Shown piece by piece: positions 12,831 through 25,880 of a stretch of 54,585 nt of DNA. The stretch is taken from contig MU058218.1 of assembly GCA_013265495.1 (NCBI GenBank), positions 56,692 through 111,276 of the forward strand. The letters are read 5' to 3'. The DNA comes from Vicugna vicugna (Eukaryota). Each line of letters opens with the position of its first letter. The stretch's first letter is position 1. The notes beneath the pieces are model-generated. The model saw nothing but the letters and a program-made list of their open reading frames with translations, ran no database searches and was not told the origin of the DNA. A program made the position numbers and the translations under genes.

Positions 12831-14482
12831 TCTAAAGACGAACCTCACTGTGTACATCCCGCAGCAGTGTTGTAGGAACAAGCCAGACTGAGCACACAAA
12901 GCTCTCAGCACAGCGCTGCACAGAGGGTGCGCTCAGCCCCCGGGAGCTTATATTCCCATACGCCATCACCGCCCTCTCTTAACTGCATCAGCACATCTAA
13001 TGGTGCCTAAACTCTGACTTTGCATTTCTGGAGTCACTGTTAAGCTCTTATGACATGCTTCTTAAAAAAAAAAAAAAAAGCTGGGACTTTCTGGTGTACA
13101 AGTGCGGAGTATCAGGGAAAACCCAGACTAACCAGACTTAATTCTCTGTGGAGTAGAATTCTCTGGACGAGTGAGTGCACAGTTCAAAGGCTTTAACACG
13201 TGTGTGGAGTTCAAGTTCTCAGGGCCCAGGGCACACAGTGGCGTTAACAGCACTTCACAGGGTCTTGTCACATCCAACGTGGTAGCTGGATTATGGGTTT
13301 ATTTCTGCCACTAGAAGCTGGAGACCCTTTTCAGTCTTCTCTTTGTCTCTGGCCTCAAGATCCAGCAGTGCAATGAATGCTCACTGAACACATGGAGAGC
13401 AGTTCTCCGTAAACAAAAGACAGGCAGTGCGACTTAATGAAGCCATTATCACCTCGGTCCCCAGGTCTCAGGACATCACAGTGATAGGAAAAATAGGTTC
13501 TTTCACCCTGATTTTCCTTCTCACTTTAATGATACGATCTAGATTTTCTTCAGATTAAAAGAACATTTTTGGAGAATTTATGTTAAAGAGCTACATTTGT
13601 CTGGGTTATTTTTCAGAACTTCTTTTTTGCAATTACTACAGTTACATTTTTTGGAAATGCTTAGTGAAATTTATGCCTGGTTACATTTATTATTCAGTCT
13701 CTAAAGCTTGCAGTAGACATTTATGTATGTATTAAAGTAAAAAAATAGCATTTAACATTTAATTTTATATTTCTGATCGACTTTATAAACGCTATTTTTT
13801 TTCTCATTCACTTTAAACAGAAGCTGTCCTGCAAAGAGATGGTCATAAAACAAAAATTCGGGAATGGACTGAAAAAAGTGACCTTTTGAAACAGAATGGT
13901 GTTTCTCCCTTAGGTTTTACTAAACTCACTGCTATTTTCTTTCCCATGTTATTCTTTAAGGTAAAATCAGGAATGAGACTGTTCCAGATGGAATAAAACA
14001 TCAAGGACCAAGAGGTATTTCATCCCGAATCTCACAGAAAACGTGTATGTTATAATCTGATAAACATGAAAAAGATGCCTATATATCCTACAGTAAGGTG
14101 ATATAAGATTTTATTTTTTAATTTGTAAAAATATTTCCAAAATAAAATAAATAGAGAACAACCAGTATTTTGTTTCAACAGTATTTTGGGCTCTGGCAGC
14201 TTTTACCATTGTAAATGTGGTCGTTACTCATGATGATAGAAATTTGCAGCCCTTTGCATTTTCGGTATCCCCTGGAGAAGGAGGTGATCTCAGTTTGGTT
14301 TTAAGTACAGCTGACACACTGCAAAAACCCTAATCCGTGGAGCATTTTATTCACAAGCCAAGAGCAAAGAAGCACAAAATACCACCTTTACTTTTACCCC
14401 AGAGGTGATGTGGTCATTTTGGGAACAGGTGGGGGGTGGTTATTATCTAAGGTTTGGGTTTCAGTTTAAGTTGATGTCAAAA

Positions 14483-14494
14483 GTGTGTGCGTGC

Positions 14495-14538
<44 letters not shown>
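14483..14538. repeat. Compound (GT)n(GA)n microsatellite
   Basis: Directly visible. Confidence 0.95.
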
Positions 14539-14543
<5 letters not shown>

Positions 14544-16389
14544 TATGAACAGATTTTCTTGGGATGAATATAGCTCCATATCCATCAGGACATCTTTTCA
14601 GCAAAACCTCACCTCATACCATTGCCCTTCCCCCAGTGCCGGGTGCGTTGTGCACACTTGCTGGGTGTGCTGCCTGTAAGGCTCCAGCTCATCCCTCAGA
14701 GACACCTCTGGGGTTGGATTGCCCAGGCTGGGTCTGTCCCCTGCGATGCCTACCACCCCAGGCTGAGTGACCAGCCAGCCCTCCACGCCCCTGGAACATG
14801 GTACACATGGGGCATCCCCCAAACTTAGCGCACAGGCTGCTTTCCTGCTTCTGACCCAGGAGAATTGGCCCTCCACTTTATAAAAAAAAGAAAGTATGGA
14901 TCGTATACATTGAATCAGTTAAAAAAGACAGGAAGATCTTTCAGTCTCTCAACTTGACACTTTGCAGCTCTTCCTGCTTGGGGTTTTTCTGGCTCAGAAC
15001 TTGAATTTCATCCTGCAAATATGCCTATTTGGGATGATTCCTTCCAATAACTGTGAGCTGGTGGCTTCTTTTCCAGATGCATTTCCCCCTCTCTCCTCTC
15101 TCTTTTTATCATGTAGTTTAAGGCATGACCTATTGTTAAATTTACCTATTTTCCTAATTTTTTTCATATGGCTTCCGGGTATTGCCTTGTTAAAATCACC
15201 TGTGTGTTTATAAGGAAGCAGTTAGAAGCTGGCCTGTTTTTTGCAGGTAGGGAAGGATGGAGGCACAAGAAGAGAAGTAAATGCTTCTTTGTGAAATACA
15301 TTTGTGACCCACATCCTGGGGACACAACCGCCTGTGCACCTGTAAGGAAAGGTCTTTGGGCTGGGGACTTTCTTGTGGAAAGTTTCCTGACACTTTGCTT
15401 ATTGAAGGCGTCCACTGCCAAGAATGGTCCACAGCATTTGACTAATAGGAGGACTCAAGTCTGACTTTGTGTTCGCTGCCTTAATCAACTGAATATTGTT
15501 TTCTTTCATTAAACTGGGTTTCCAAGTTTGTAGGTGCCGTCTTCTTCCTAAAGTAAACACCACTCTGAATATTGAAACACACCACTTTCCCATCTGTTCA
15601 TTTGTGCGAAGACTTCTTACACCACTGAGACCGAAGGACAACACGGGAGATCACGGCTCCCCCACATCTGTCCCGTGTCCCAGGGCAACGGGTTGTGTCA
15701 CATGTTACTTCCTTCCACTCCGAGTGTTGCCCCCTCAGCAGCAACTGTTAAAATATCAAACTGAATCTTCTCTCCTCTTTGAATAAAAATTTGATGTCTC
15801 TAAAGATTGAGGGAAAGACTGGCCTCTTCCATCACCACTGGCGTGCGCGCACTGGCCTCCACAATGGTCTTGGATTAAGCCGGGCTGGTTCCCTCTTGAC
15901 TTCAGGGGTGCCTTCCCCGGGGGGCCTCCCTGAGCACCCCACGGGGAACTGCAGCCCTCACACAGCCCAGGACCTCTCACCTGCCCTCTCTGCGTTATCC
16001 CTCCTGCTAGCACCCATCGCAGTCTAACCCGACGTTTACCGTGCGTCTGCTCTTTAGAAAACCGTGCGAGGAGGAGGGTGGGTCTGTTTCCTTCCCTGCC
16101 GTCTCCCAGGTGTCTCTGGCGGTGCCTTCCACGCTGCGAGGCAGTGCTCAAAAATATTCTTTGTATGACTGATTGAGCATTGCTCTATGGGTCTGTCCAT
16201 CACTTGAGGCAAAAGGACAATCTCCGTAATTTTTTCCTCTGATTTCATAGACTGCAAAGGAGGTTTTTCTTCGTCTGTTTGGTTTTGTTTTCAGCGTAGA
16301 GGTATGGTTTTGCCTGCCAGGTTTTCTTTTCCCAATTTTGATCTCTGGAAGCCTCCAGGGCCCTCTTTTCCTGTAAAGGCTTGGGTAGG

Positions 16390-16950
16390 TGAGGCCGCTA
16401 GTGCGCAGCTGTGACAGCCACCAAGAGGCCGCGGAAGATGCAAACGGGGGTCGTTCAGAGACGCCACCTGCGTCCTGCGTCCTGCGGAGACGCTGCCTCC
16501 ACAAGGGCCTCCTTCTTGGGATCAATCGTCACCCTCAGAAAATCAGTGGAACGGCTGGTGTCTCTGTTTAAAGGGGTTTCTTTACAAGCAGAAACTTTTT
16601 TTTTTTTTGGTAGGGTAATCGATTTCTGCCTTCTCGCACCAAGCGTAGCTAAAAATAAACACATAATTCTTCTTACCTCCGTTACACAAACCTTCCCAGG
16701 CAAAAAATTCCAGGAGCCTGAACACAGATTGGAATCTTTGTCTTACTCCGTTCAAGCTGGAAAAAGCAAGGCAGCGCAGCGGCCGTGTGATTCACGCAGG
16801 ACAGTGGCGCGGAGGTTTAGCGCCTGGAATCCGCGGGGGCGCCATTCGTCTCCCGGGTCCGGGTCCGGGTCCAACCCGCCAGGTCCGCGCGGGTGACGGG
16901 ACCCGCTCCGCTCCTCCTGCGGAGAGCTCCCTGGGGCTGATGACGGAGCA
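16390..16950. promoter_or_regulatory. Small CpG-rich patch (candidate regulatory element)
   Basis: By hand count about 24 CpG in 16741-16950 and 13 in 16381-16560, in an otherwise CpG-poor window. Contains (CCGGGT)3 and a CCTGCG(T) triple repeat. Not a repeat I recognise. Function is inferred only. Confidence 0.4.
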
Positions 16951-17267
16951 CTTTAATAGGACCGTGAAGACCTTTCTCATTATTTCTTTGCAGACATGTA
17001 AACTTGGTCATGCCTCCGCTACTGGATGCATAAAATTTAATAGATCAGAGCTATGACCACGGAGTTGCAGGATTAATAATACCTTTTTCCTCAAAACCTG
17101 TCAGGGCAGTTTTCCTGATACTTGTGGGATGGTCTTCAGGGGAAATACTAAAATGGGAATATGCTTCTCCAAATTTCTGAGGTATGTTTCGAAAGAGCAA
17201 ACCATTCTCCCCACCCACTCTCCGATAAATTCACCGGCATAAGAATTTGTTTTAAAAATGCATCGAA

Positions 17268-17410
17268 GGAGGAAGGTACAGTTCGGTGGTAGAGCGCGAG
17301 CTTCGCAGGGGTTCAATCCCGAGTGCCTTCATTAAAATAAAAGTAAACTTAAAAAACCTAATGACCATCCCCCTACAAAAAAAATTAAAAATTTAAATAA
17401 ATAAATAAAA
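17268..17410 (+). mobile_element. tRNA-Ala-derived camelid SINE (vic-1-like), internally deleted
   Basis: ggtacagttcggtggtagagcg...gggttcaatcccgagtgccttca plus the A-rich/aaacctaat tail. The 3' anticodon arm is missing. Confidence 0.85.
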
Positions 17411-18715
17411 GTTCATCAAATGCCTTGTTCTATAGAATGTTACTTTAATGTGCTTATTTTTGTAAACATTAATATGCAGTTTTCCAATGATTGGAATGAA
17501 ACTAGTGTCCAGTCTGTGTCCTTCAAAGGTTGTTAAGTCTGACATCCTGACCCATAAATCACCACTCTACTCCGGCTCCACGCATCTACACCTGCGCTTT
17601 TGTTAAAATCCACATTGCCAGCACACACAATTGTTATTTGAGGGGAAATAGTAACTTTAGGTGAATTTTTATACTTTCTGATGCTAATATATGAAAACAG
17701 GGCAACCCCAAACTTTCCCCATCTTTGGGCTTTGCAGTCAGAAGCCTTACAGCCAAATTTATTGCCCAGAGATGGGAATCTACTCAACTCAGATGTCTTA
17801 GAGCAGTTATTCAAGCTTCCTTTGTTATATTCATCCTTAAATGATTTCTCCCATATTGTGCTTTAGTTTGTAACGTGCTTCGAGTTCTTTCAGAATGCCA
17901 AACCATCCGATGCAAACAGTGAAAGTAACTTTGTCCTTCTGTTGGGAATAAACATGTCTCTACCCTTCATTCCAACAGTGAATAAAATTTGGATATCATC
18001 GGTTAGAAGAGTAGAAAGTCGACCTGAATGCTTTACTTGAAGGAATATATTTTCATTAAACCGATTACTTTTGGCGACTTAACATTCAGAATGTCTTCTC
18101 ACCTTTGAGCTCTTCAGTAGAGAGTTTTTGATCTTAAGTGCTAGTTGCCCTAATGTTTTATAGTATGTGGATGACTTCATATGTTTTCATCGACCCCCCC
18201 CCTTTTTTTTGTAAATTCACTTACTCAAAAAGAGAACGAGATGTATGGGGAGTAATCGCAGTGGTAGACCAGCACGAGCCCGCCTCTTTCATGAGTTTAA
18301 TAATATTCTTCTTTTACCAAAGTCAACCTGTAGCTCACATGATGAAATATTAGCGTGAGGCTTTTTTTTTCCTTCCCAGCCAAAATGACTTTCTTTGTAA
18401 ACTCTATGATTTCCCATGAATCCATGAATTTTGAAACCACTGAACAGCATAAGCAGTGCCCCAGTCTGAGGATTAGTGGGGAAATAGTTGGGGTTTTCTA
18501 GCTCCGACTGAAGGCTGGGTGAAATCAATTATTTAAGCGCTATAAAGCGAGGGTTTGGGTCTCAGACACCGATTACAGAGCAGACACACTTAACACCCAG
18601 AACAAGCGTGTGGAGGTTGCTGACTCCTTAACTATGGCCAAGGGGTGAATGGAATATCATTCCTGTCTGCTGATGTCACGGAGATCTCTCCAACCCAAGA
18701 GCAGCTAGGGCTCCC

Positions 18716-18719
<4 letters not shown>

Positions 18720-18753
<34 letters not shown>
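18720..18753. repeat. (AC)17 microsatellite
   Basis: Directly visible. Confidence 0.97.
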
Positions 18754-18756
<3 letters not shown>

Positions 18757-20660
18757 TTGTTTCAGTTGTACAGATGTTAAATAGAAAGAATTTCTACAGT
18801 TTTTGTTAAAGCCATCAGAAAAGCAATTGGCTTTTTCCTACCATATTGGCAGTGCTCTTCTGGGTCTCAGATACTCAATTTGGACAAAGTAATAAATGTC
18901 ATGCTTTAAAAAGGGAAAATATTATGTTTCTTACTGTGCTTTAAAATAGTCAAATGCTATGGAAAAATCGATTGAAGACTTGATGTGGCTTTTATAGACA
19001 CCGAGATTTTAAATGTTTAGACGAAATGTTTAGAAAGATGTGTTTTATTATGCCTGGGGCTTAGTGGTCCCACAACCTGGTGTTTCGCATTGTGGTCAGA
19101 AGAACTGTTTCAAATGAAGGGCTTTCAAAGTTGCTAAAACTTCTGATTCAAAGAAAATCAGGGTGTAATTTTGATGGTAGTGGAGGAAAAGGGAAAGAAA
19201 AAACCTTACAGGGATAAGGAAATGTTCACAAACAATGGTGTTTCGAACTCTTCTGTAGAAGATTATCAGGGGTTTGGTGATTTCTGAAATCCAATCATCT
19301 CACAAAACTCCCGTCAAAAGCACTGCAGCTTTGAGTGCCAGTTTTTCCCATAAAGATCAACCTGAAGTGATATATCAAGACAGAGGTACATTTCAAAGAG
19401 AAAGTCCATAAGAACAAATTATGGTCACTGTTGGTTAATCATTCAAAATCATAAATCTTGTGTGGTTAGATAACAGTGACCAGACATCGTCACTGAACTG
19501 AAAAAATATAACAGCCCCGCCCCTAAAAAACACAGTACTTTTTCTTGTTTGTAGTGACCACTGTGAGGTTTTAGAATTAACACAATCACAATTAATTAAT
19601 TAATCTCAATTAAGCGTCTTTTGGGTCTGTGATTTAGACCAGAGCACTGGGTTTCAAATTTTTATTTTTTTACTCCTAAAGGGACTTTGTGGAACTATGG
19701 ATAGCTTCAGATATTTAGCTGACCATTTTAAAGGTTTCATCATAAATGTAAATATTGCAATTAGTAAAAACTTCCAGCATACTGTAAATGTTCACAACGA
19801 AATCAAAACTATGGCTTCATCTTTTGAAATATATCTTACAGGATTTAAACACTATAGCAACTTGATATGTGCCATCATCTATTTTTAGGAACATATGAAA
19901 TATATTTATGTTTCAATATTTTCTATTAATCATCTCTCACACTTCTTTCAGTAAGAAGACACTTGTATATGTTTAATTGAAATCTAATATTTTAAAACTT
20001 CCTGTGCTTGCAGATCTCAGACAAAAGATTTTTTTCTGAATTGAGCTGTCATTATAGCTATAATTATACACCACTGATAAAAAATGACTATTATATATTA
20101 ACATTCTGGAAAATAATAATTAAATATAAAAGTAAGAATTTTGCTAGCACGTCTCTCTCATTAGGTCTCTGAAAGGATGGAATTAAGAATTTAATTTGTG
20201 TATTGGAATTTACTTGTTGTTAGATTTAGCCAGTGTTCAAACACAATTCTAATTCTTTTCTTTCCTCTCGGCTTAGAGGTACCTGTTCAGAAAACTTGTC
20301 ACATAGATCAGCAGGTAGGAACAAAAGTTTGACTATTAAAATTCAGCATAATTTTTTGAAGTCCTTCCCTGTTATCATTCCAAGTCACACAGATTGTTAA
20401 AAATAAGCTTAATAATAGGTCACCACCCGTTGGGTCTTCCTTCAGTTTTGTTCAAAACAAAGAATTGTAAAGTACCTGACTCAGCGAAAAGATCTGTCAC
20501 CAATCGTCAGTCATTTCCTTCCTCGACACCAGCATTGGTAGTGTTACGCTCTTTTTGGCTTCCCCGGAAGTTTTACACCCGGAATCATGGGCTGTGATAA
20601 TGGTGAGATGTCACAGAACCACCTGAGAAGGGGTGGAAAGGGGGTTCTTGAACCTCCATC

Positions 20661-20810
20661 AGAGTGTGTAGCTCAGTGGTAGAGTGCAATGTTTAGCATG
20701 CATGAGGTCCTGGGTTCAATCGCTGGTACCTCCATTAAAAAAAAATGAAATAAATAAATAAACTCAATTACCTACCCCCTCCAAAAACAAAAAAGATAAA
20801 AGAAAAAAAC
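20661..20810 (+). mobile_element. tRNA-Ala-derived camelid SINE (vic-1-like)
   Basis: A box tagctcagtgg, B box ggttcaatc, tail aaataaataaactcaattacc plus an A-rich end. Confidence 0.92.
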
Positions 20811-21739
20811 ATGGCATCTGAAAGTTCACTCCTGACCACTTGAAAACACTTTACACAGCCTTGGTGGAGGTACGCCACCATTTGAAGATGGCTGACGTAG
20901 AGCGTTTTAATTTGCCATAAAGAATTTCTTTTCTTCAATTTAGATTAGGTGAACTGTGTGGTCACAATCAGAGGTTAGGTGATTTTTATTTCTGCAACCC
21001 ATATGCTTAATCACTTTGAAAGGAGGTAAGAGGAGCTAGGTCAATATCAAATATTCTTGTCAGTATATCGTAGTCCATAAAGGAGTAACAGTTTTACAAG
21101 TAACCTCATAACATATGTCTAAAGTCTTTGACTTTCAGAGTCAAAATGATGTAATAAAACTTTTTAAAAAAGGACTCTACTTTGTAGAGAAATAAATCAG
21201 ATTTCTTCAAAGATACGTGTAGTATTTCAAGTTAAAATACAGGAGGTCCTGGAAAATATTTAGCTCTTAATTCACCAATATATTTGGTAAATTCTGTATA
21301 TAGAAAATCCAAGGAAATAAAACCCATTTATCTTTACCATACTGTTTATTTTGATTACATCTCCTTCAGCCTTCATCTTTGTAGACTAAATAACTTTTTT
21401 TCTTTAACTCTATTCCTGTTCGGAAATCTATCCACATCCCTGAATTTTGGTTGTTACACATTTCCCATCTCTTTGAAGTCTTTGTTGCCTGGCAACTAAA
21501 ACTCCTGAGCATACTTGTAATAAGAAGCTTGTTATTTTTGTGCTACAGTTGGCTGTTTCTCCTTCCATCTAAAATATACTTCCAGTGATGTTTATGTTTT
21601 CTCTTGTGTTATTGTTTTTCTTTTGGACTGCCATGGCACATGAAAATTTTTGTTTCTTAGAAATTTGATAATTGTAGGTCTTTAAAAACAGAGCTGTGAC
21701 CAAAATCAATGATGCCTTCTCTTAAAATTAATGAATTAA

Positions 21740-21915
21740 CATACTTATGCGTGCTATGTTACTTACGTACTTAATATCCAATGCTCGTAACCACCCTATC
21801 AGGAAGATACTTGCCTGAATGTTAAGAATGAGGAAACTGAGATTTTGAGAAGTTGTATATTTTGTTCAAGATGATATTTCTAGAAGGTGGTCAAGCCAGG
21901 ATTAAAATCCATCCT
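21740..21915 (-). mobile_element. MIR
   Basis: aatgaggaaactgagattttgagaagttg...agccaggattaaaatcca is the antisense MIR core. Confidence 0.75.
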
Positions 21916-23167
21916 TTTGTTTCCTCCAAGGTTGTGCTTGGGTTGAATTATTTTCTCTCAGATGCTTTCAAGAATAGCTTTGAAGCTCTTCCTCCATGTT
22001 TCCAAATTTACTTATCCATGTTATTTCAATAGCACTGTGACTTTATTTGCAGACTGTTTGACTCAAATAGGGAGAATGAAATTTCTAGACTACCTCAAGC
22101 CATCTCTTCACTAAAACTAAAATTATATATTTATTAATTATATATTCTGAGAGGTGGGTGCCTGGAATATTTTCTTGTTTCCCTGTTTCTGAGTCTTTAA
22201 ATTTATAACCAATTAATGGTCAAATCTCACAAAGATTATAAAATTCACTTTCCATCTTCTTTCTCCCTCAAGACTTGAATCCCACCCTGAGTTTCTTCTT
22301 CTGCATTAAAAAGTATTTGCTAACTGTTTTTGGATGCTTGTTATTAAAAATAAAACTTTTCTGTGTCCAAATAGTGTCCTCTCCTAGGTACTCACTGCTG
22401 TGTCTCATTTACCATTGGACTAGCCATTTCCCTTCCTGTTGCTCCCAGTGTGTTTCTGGAATTGCAGGCTCCTCCTGCCCAGTGGCCTGTTGGCACTCGT
22501 GGTTAAATATATCTTGCTTCTGAGGGTCTGCTTTACCCAATTATCATATATTACATTTATTCGTAGTAGTTGGACAGGTAATAGGTCAGAATTTTTGAAA
22601 AGAACAGGGAGTAAAATAAATGCACAAAGCTTCCGATACAGAAATGGCAGAACACATAACTAGGAATTCTGAAAAAGGCACAAAAATAACCAGGGAGATT
22701 CAAGTAGAGGTGGCATCTGGTTGGTTATTACAATGTCTATAATTTTACTTTAAATACGTAGATGGCATAGTATTACGTGGTACTTCTTTGGATTAAGTTA
22801 AAACTCAGTTGCTGGACTTTGAAATCTAATTAGGGATTTAAACTCCAGGTGTTATCAGTTAAAATTTTAAGGAGAAAGCCTGTGTTCTGGTTACTATACA
22901 CGCTCTTGTCTCTGACTCAACATATGAGGCTTTTCCAATCACACAGTGAGTATCAGAAATGGTTTTAATTTGTGAGTTAGAGCTTTTCTATTTACCGTTG
23001 TGAGTAAAAGTTAAATGGGTTAAAATGGGTTTTCATCGGTGAGAACAAGATAGTCAAGATACATAGGTCAACTTCTGTGTTTCCTAGACACAGTTACCAT
23101 TTTGAGAATAGTGTAGAAAAATCCAGCAAGACTCATAGTCTTTATCCCTATAGATGATGATGTAGCT

Positions 23168-23795
23168 CAACTGTTTACAATCTTTTTGATCTCAGAATCC
23201 ATGTTCACTTTTACAATTTATTGAAAATCCCATAAGAACCTATATTATGATATTGAAAGTAAGGAAGGAAAATACTGATTAATTAAAAATAGTGATAAAT
23301 GTATTCTGTTAAATATAGACATTTATGAAAAATTACTTTATTTTTAAAAACAAAAAAATGGCAAGAGTGGCATTGTTTAATATTTTTGAAAATTTCCTAG
23401 CATCTGCATTATTAGAAGATGCCTGGATTCTCACTTGTTCCTGCTTTCAATTTGCTGAGATACGCTGTTTTGGTTGAAGCCCATGAAGAAAATTCAACCT
23501 CATACCTCATCTGACTTACGTAGCTGGAAAAAAAAAGTAGCGTAATATCCTTTACAGATAATTTTGGATTTTTTTGATATTATATCACAACACAAAAAAA
23601 TGATAGTTTATTGAAGATTAGTTACAGTGGGGAATCTGAAATAATATCCAAGAATATTTTTCATTCTGTTCCATTAAAATCCATTGGTCTGTCTTGCACT
23701 TTGACTGGGTCATTTGTCCAAGCTTGAATTTGTACCGCTTTGGTCATATATAGGTGCACTGACTTATCCAGGTCCTCAAAGAGTTATTACACTTC

Positions 23796-23835
<40 letters not shown>

Positions 23836-24539
23836 AGAGTCATTAATATAAACATCATCTAATGGAAAAATTTATAAGTATTGGGAAATGGCCAATATGG
23901 TGAAGAAGACAAAGTTCTAAACTTCTGAATTTTGCTTGACAGTTCCAATCTTTTTCCTCTGGCAATACAAATTGTTTGTTGATTGCTTTCTTTGAAGTCA
24001 CAGTCTGACTTCTTTCATTTTTGAGAAGATGGTGCCAAACACCCAAGATTGGATAGCTGTATTTTGTCTTTCAATTTCTCTCTCAAGTCAAGGTGGTGTT
24101 CCGTGGTCAAAACATGTTGTTCAGCTGCAACTCAACCGCCCAAGAGCTTTACCTTTGATCGGCCTTCCTGCTCTGTACGTATATCATACAAAGTTTCCAT
24201 TTTGCACACAGGACATTAAAAATACATGTTCTCAAGGGTCTAGGTGTAATAAAATTAATACATTGTATTGCTTTCTCAAGGCCATTCTTCAATGAAATGT
24301 TTTTACCCCCCTGGAGGCACTAGCTGTGAAGAACACGAGATTCCCCAGGACAGTTTGGTGCCACTGCCTTGATCCATGCAAAGGCTCCTGCGGTCTTACC
24401 TGCCACTGCTTTTGCACCTTAGTGTAAATGCTGAGACGCTGATAATAGGTAAATAATATCTCAGTGTCATTACAGAGTAGTTTTGACTTTGCAGATTCTC
24501 TGAAAGGGCCTTAGTGATCATTCATTGTAAGAACTGCTA
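23168..24539. mobile_element. Charlie1a-like hAT DNA transposon, near full length, non-autonomous
   Basis: Termini caactgtttacaatctttttgatctcag and ...gtaagaactgcta. Internal aagagtggcattgttt, ctggattctca and taaaatccattggtctgtcttgcactttga match the recalled Charlie1 consensus. Degenerate 8-bp TSD ATGTAGCT/TTCTAGCT. (AC)n at 23800-23833. Confidence 0.88.
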
Positions 24540-24864
24540 TTCTAGCTAAATTTAAAAAATTAAAATTTCTTGTATCCAACTAGTAACACTGCAAATTCAG
24601 GTTGCCCTTTGCTGCATTAAGGGAAACACAATCTTGCTTCTGGAATCTTGCTTGGGTGCAAATGAGGCTTTCCTGCCAGGCAGCTGGGACTTCCTGAGTT
24701 TCCAGAATGGGAGTGTGAAGGGCTTCTGACTCACTGGGTAAAAATAGCCTGTGACCACAATGTCTACCAAAAACAGCCTCACAGTTCTGCCTGATATGTC
24801 TGGATAAAGTCAGTTCATAACATTTGAGAAATCAGAAAGCTCTCATGAGGAAGAAGATATTTGC

Positions 24865-25060
24865 TGTTCTACATACAAGGTGTGGGAACTTGGACAAGTT
24901 ACTTATTACATCTCATTTTCTCACTCACAACATAACCTACTACCTGCAGTCACCCAGAGGAAGAGGCAAACCATGATCCGTGTAAATTGCTGAGTTCAGC
25001 GTTTGGCCCACGGCGAGCCCTTGCTAGTGCCACAGCTGCTCTGATCACCATTGTCATCTT
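24865..25060 (+). mobile_element. MIR, degenerate
   Basis: gaacttggacaagttactta...ctcattttctca followed by a MIR-like 3' part. Confidence 0.55.
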
Positions 25061-25176
25061 CACTATTATCAGGTGTGGCTTGAATGGGATTCAGATTGGT
25101 CAGTGGTGGTTTAGGGAGGACATCAGAGTCACAAAGAGAAAGGCTTAAGATGTGTGAATGAAAGACATTGCATCCA

Positions 25177-25656
25177 TATCAGTAAACAAAGGATGCTGCG
25201 GCCATCACATCAACAGCTGCTACTGCCACCCCCAATGGTAAGCGGAGGGAACTCAGGATGGAGACACGCAGGCAGCCCAGCCTCTGCAGCCACCCCTAAA
25301 GGTGCCCCCTGAGGGGACTTAGGATGGGAAAGAACAGGACACTGGCCTTAGAGAGCCAAGTGCACATCAGAGGAATGATTTGAATGAGCCCAGACTTTTG
25401 TACCTTCCCATACATAGAAAAGTGCTAATTGTCTTAACTTGAGATATCTGGTTTACTTTAATTAACAGTAATCTTTTGATGTTCAAACTACCTGGTCCTT
25501 GTGACAAAAACTCATATATCCTGGCTTCTACCTTGCCACTTTGGAGCAGTCTCTTAGAGCAATCTGAAAGGCTATGTCCCAGGCTCGAGTCCTCAGGAAA
25601 TCTGCTGAATAAAACATAACAGTCAACCTTTAGGTTGCATCTTATTTCAGTCAAAA
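25177..25656 (+). mobile_element. ERV1-class solo LTR, MER41-like (cetartiodactyl type)
   Basis: About 480 bp. TATA-like tcatatatcc, poly(A) signal gaataaaacataac, end ttaggttgcatcttatttcagtcaaaa, as recalled for MER41-related LTRs. No clear TSD. Confidence 0.75.
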
Positions 25657-25739
25657 CAAGAATTTGAAGATGTAGAAAATAATTCAGTTAGATTGGAACT
25701 TAGGAGTGTCTGAGAGAGTAACAGGAGGTAAAGATGGAG

Positions 25740-25880
25740 AAGTCAACTGCAGAGGACTTGACCTGTTAGGACCAGACTTCAGACTTGTAGGTAATTGGGG
25801 AGCCACGAAAGGCTTTTGAGTGATATGATTCAAGCTCTGTTTGTTAGGTTTCTCTGGTAGCTGAATGCATATTGGATTTT
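25740..25880 (-). mobile_element. L2 fragment
   Basis: gtaggtaattggggagccacgaaaggcttttgagtgatatgattcaagctctgttt is typical of antisense L2. Confidence 0.5.
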
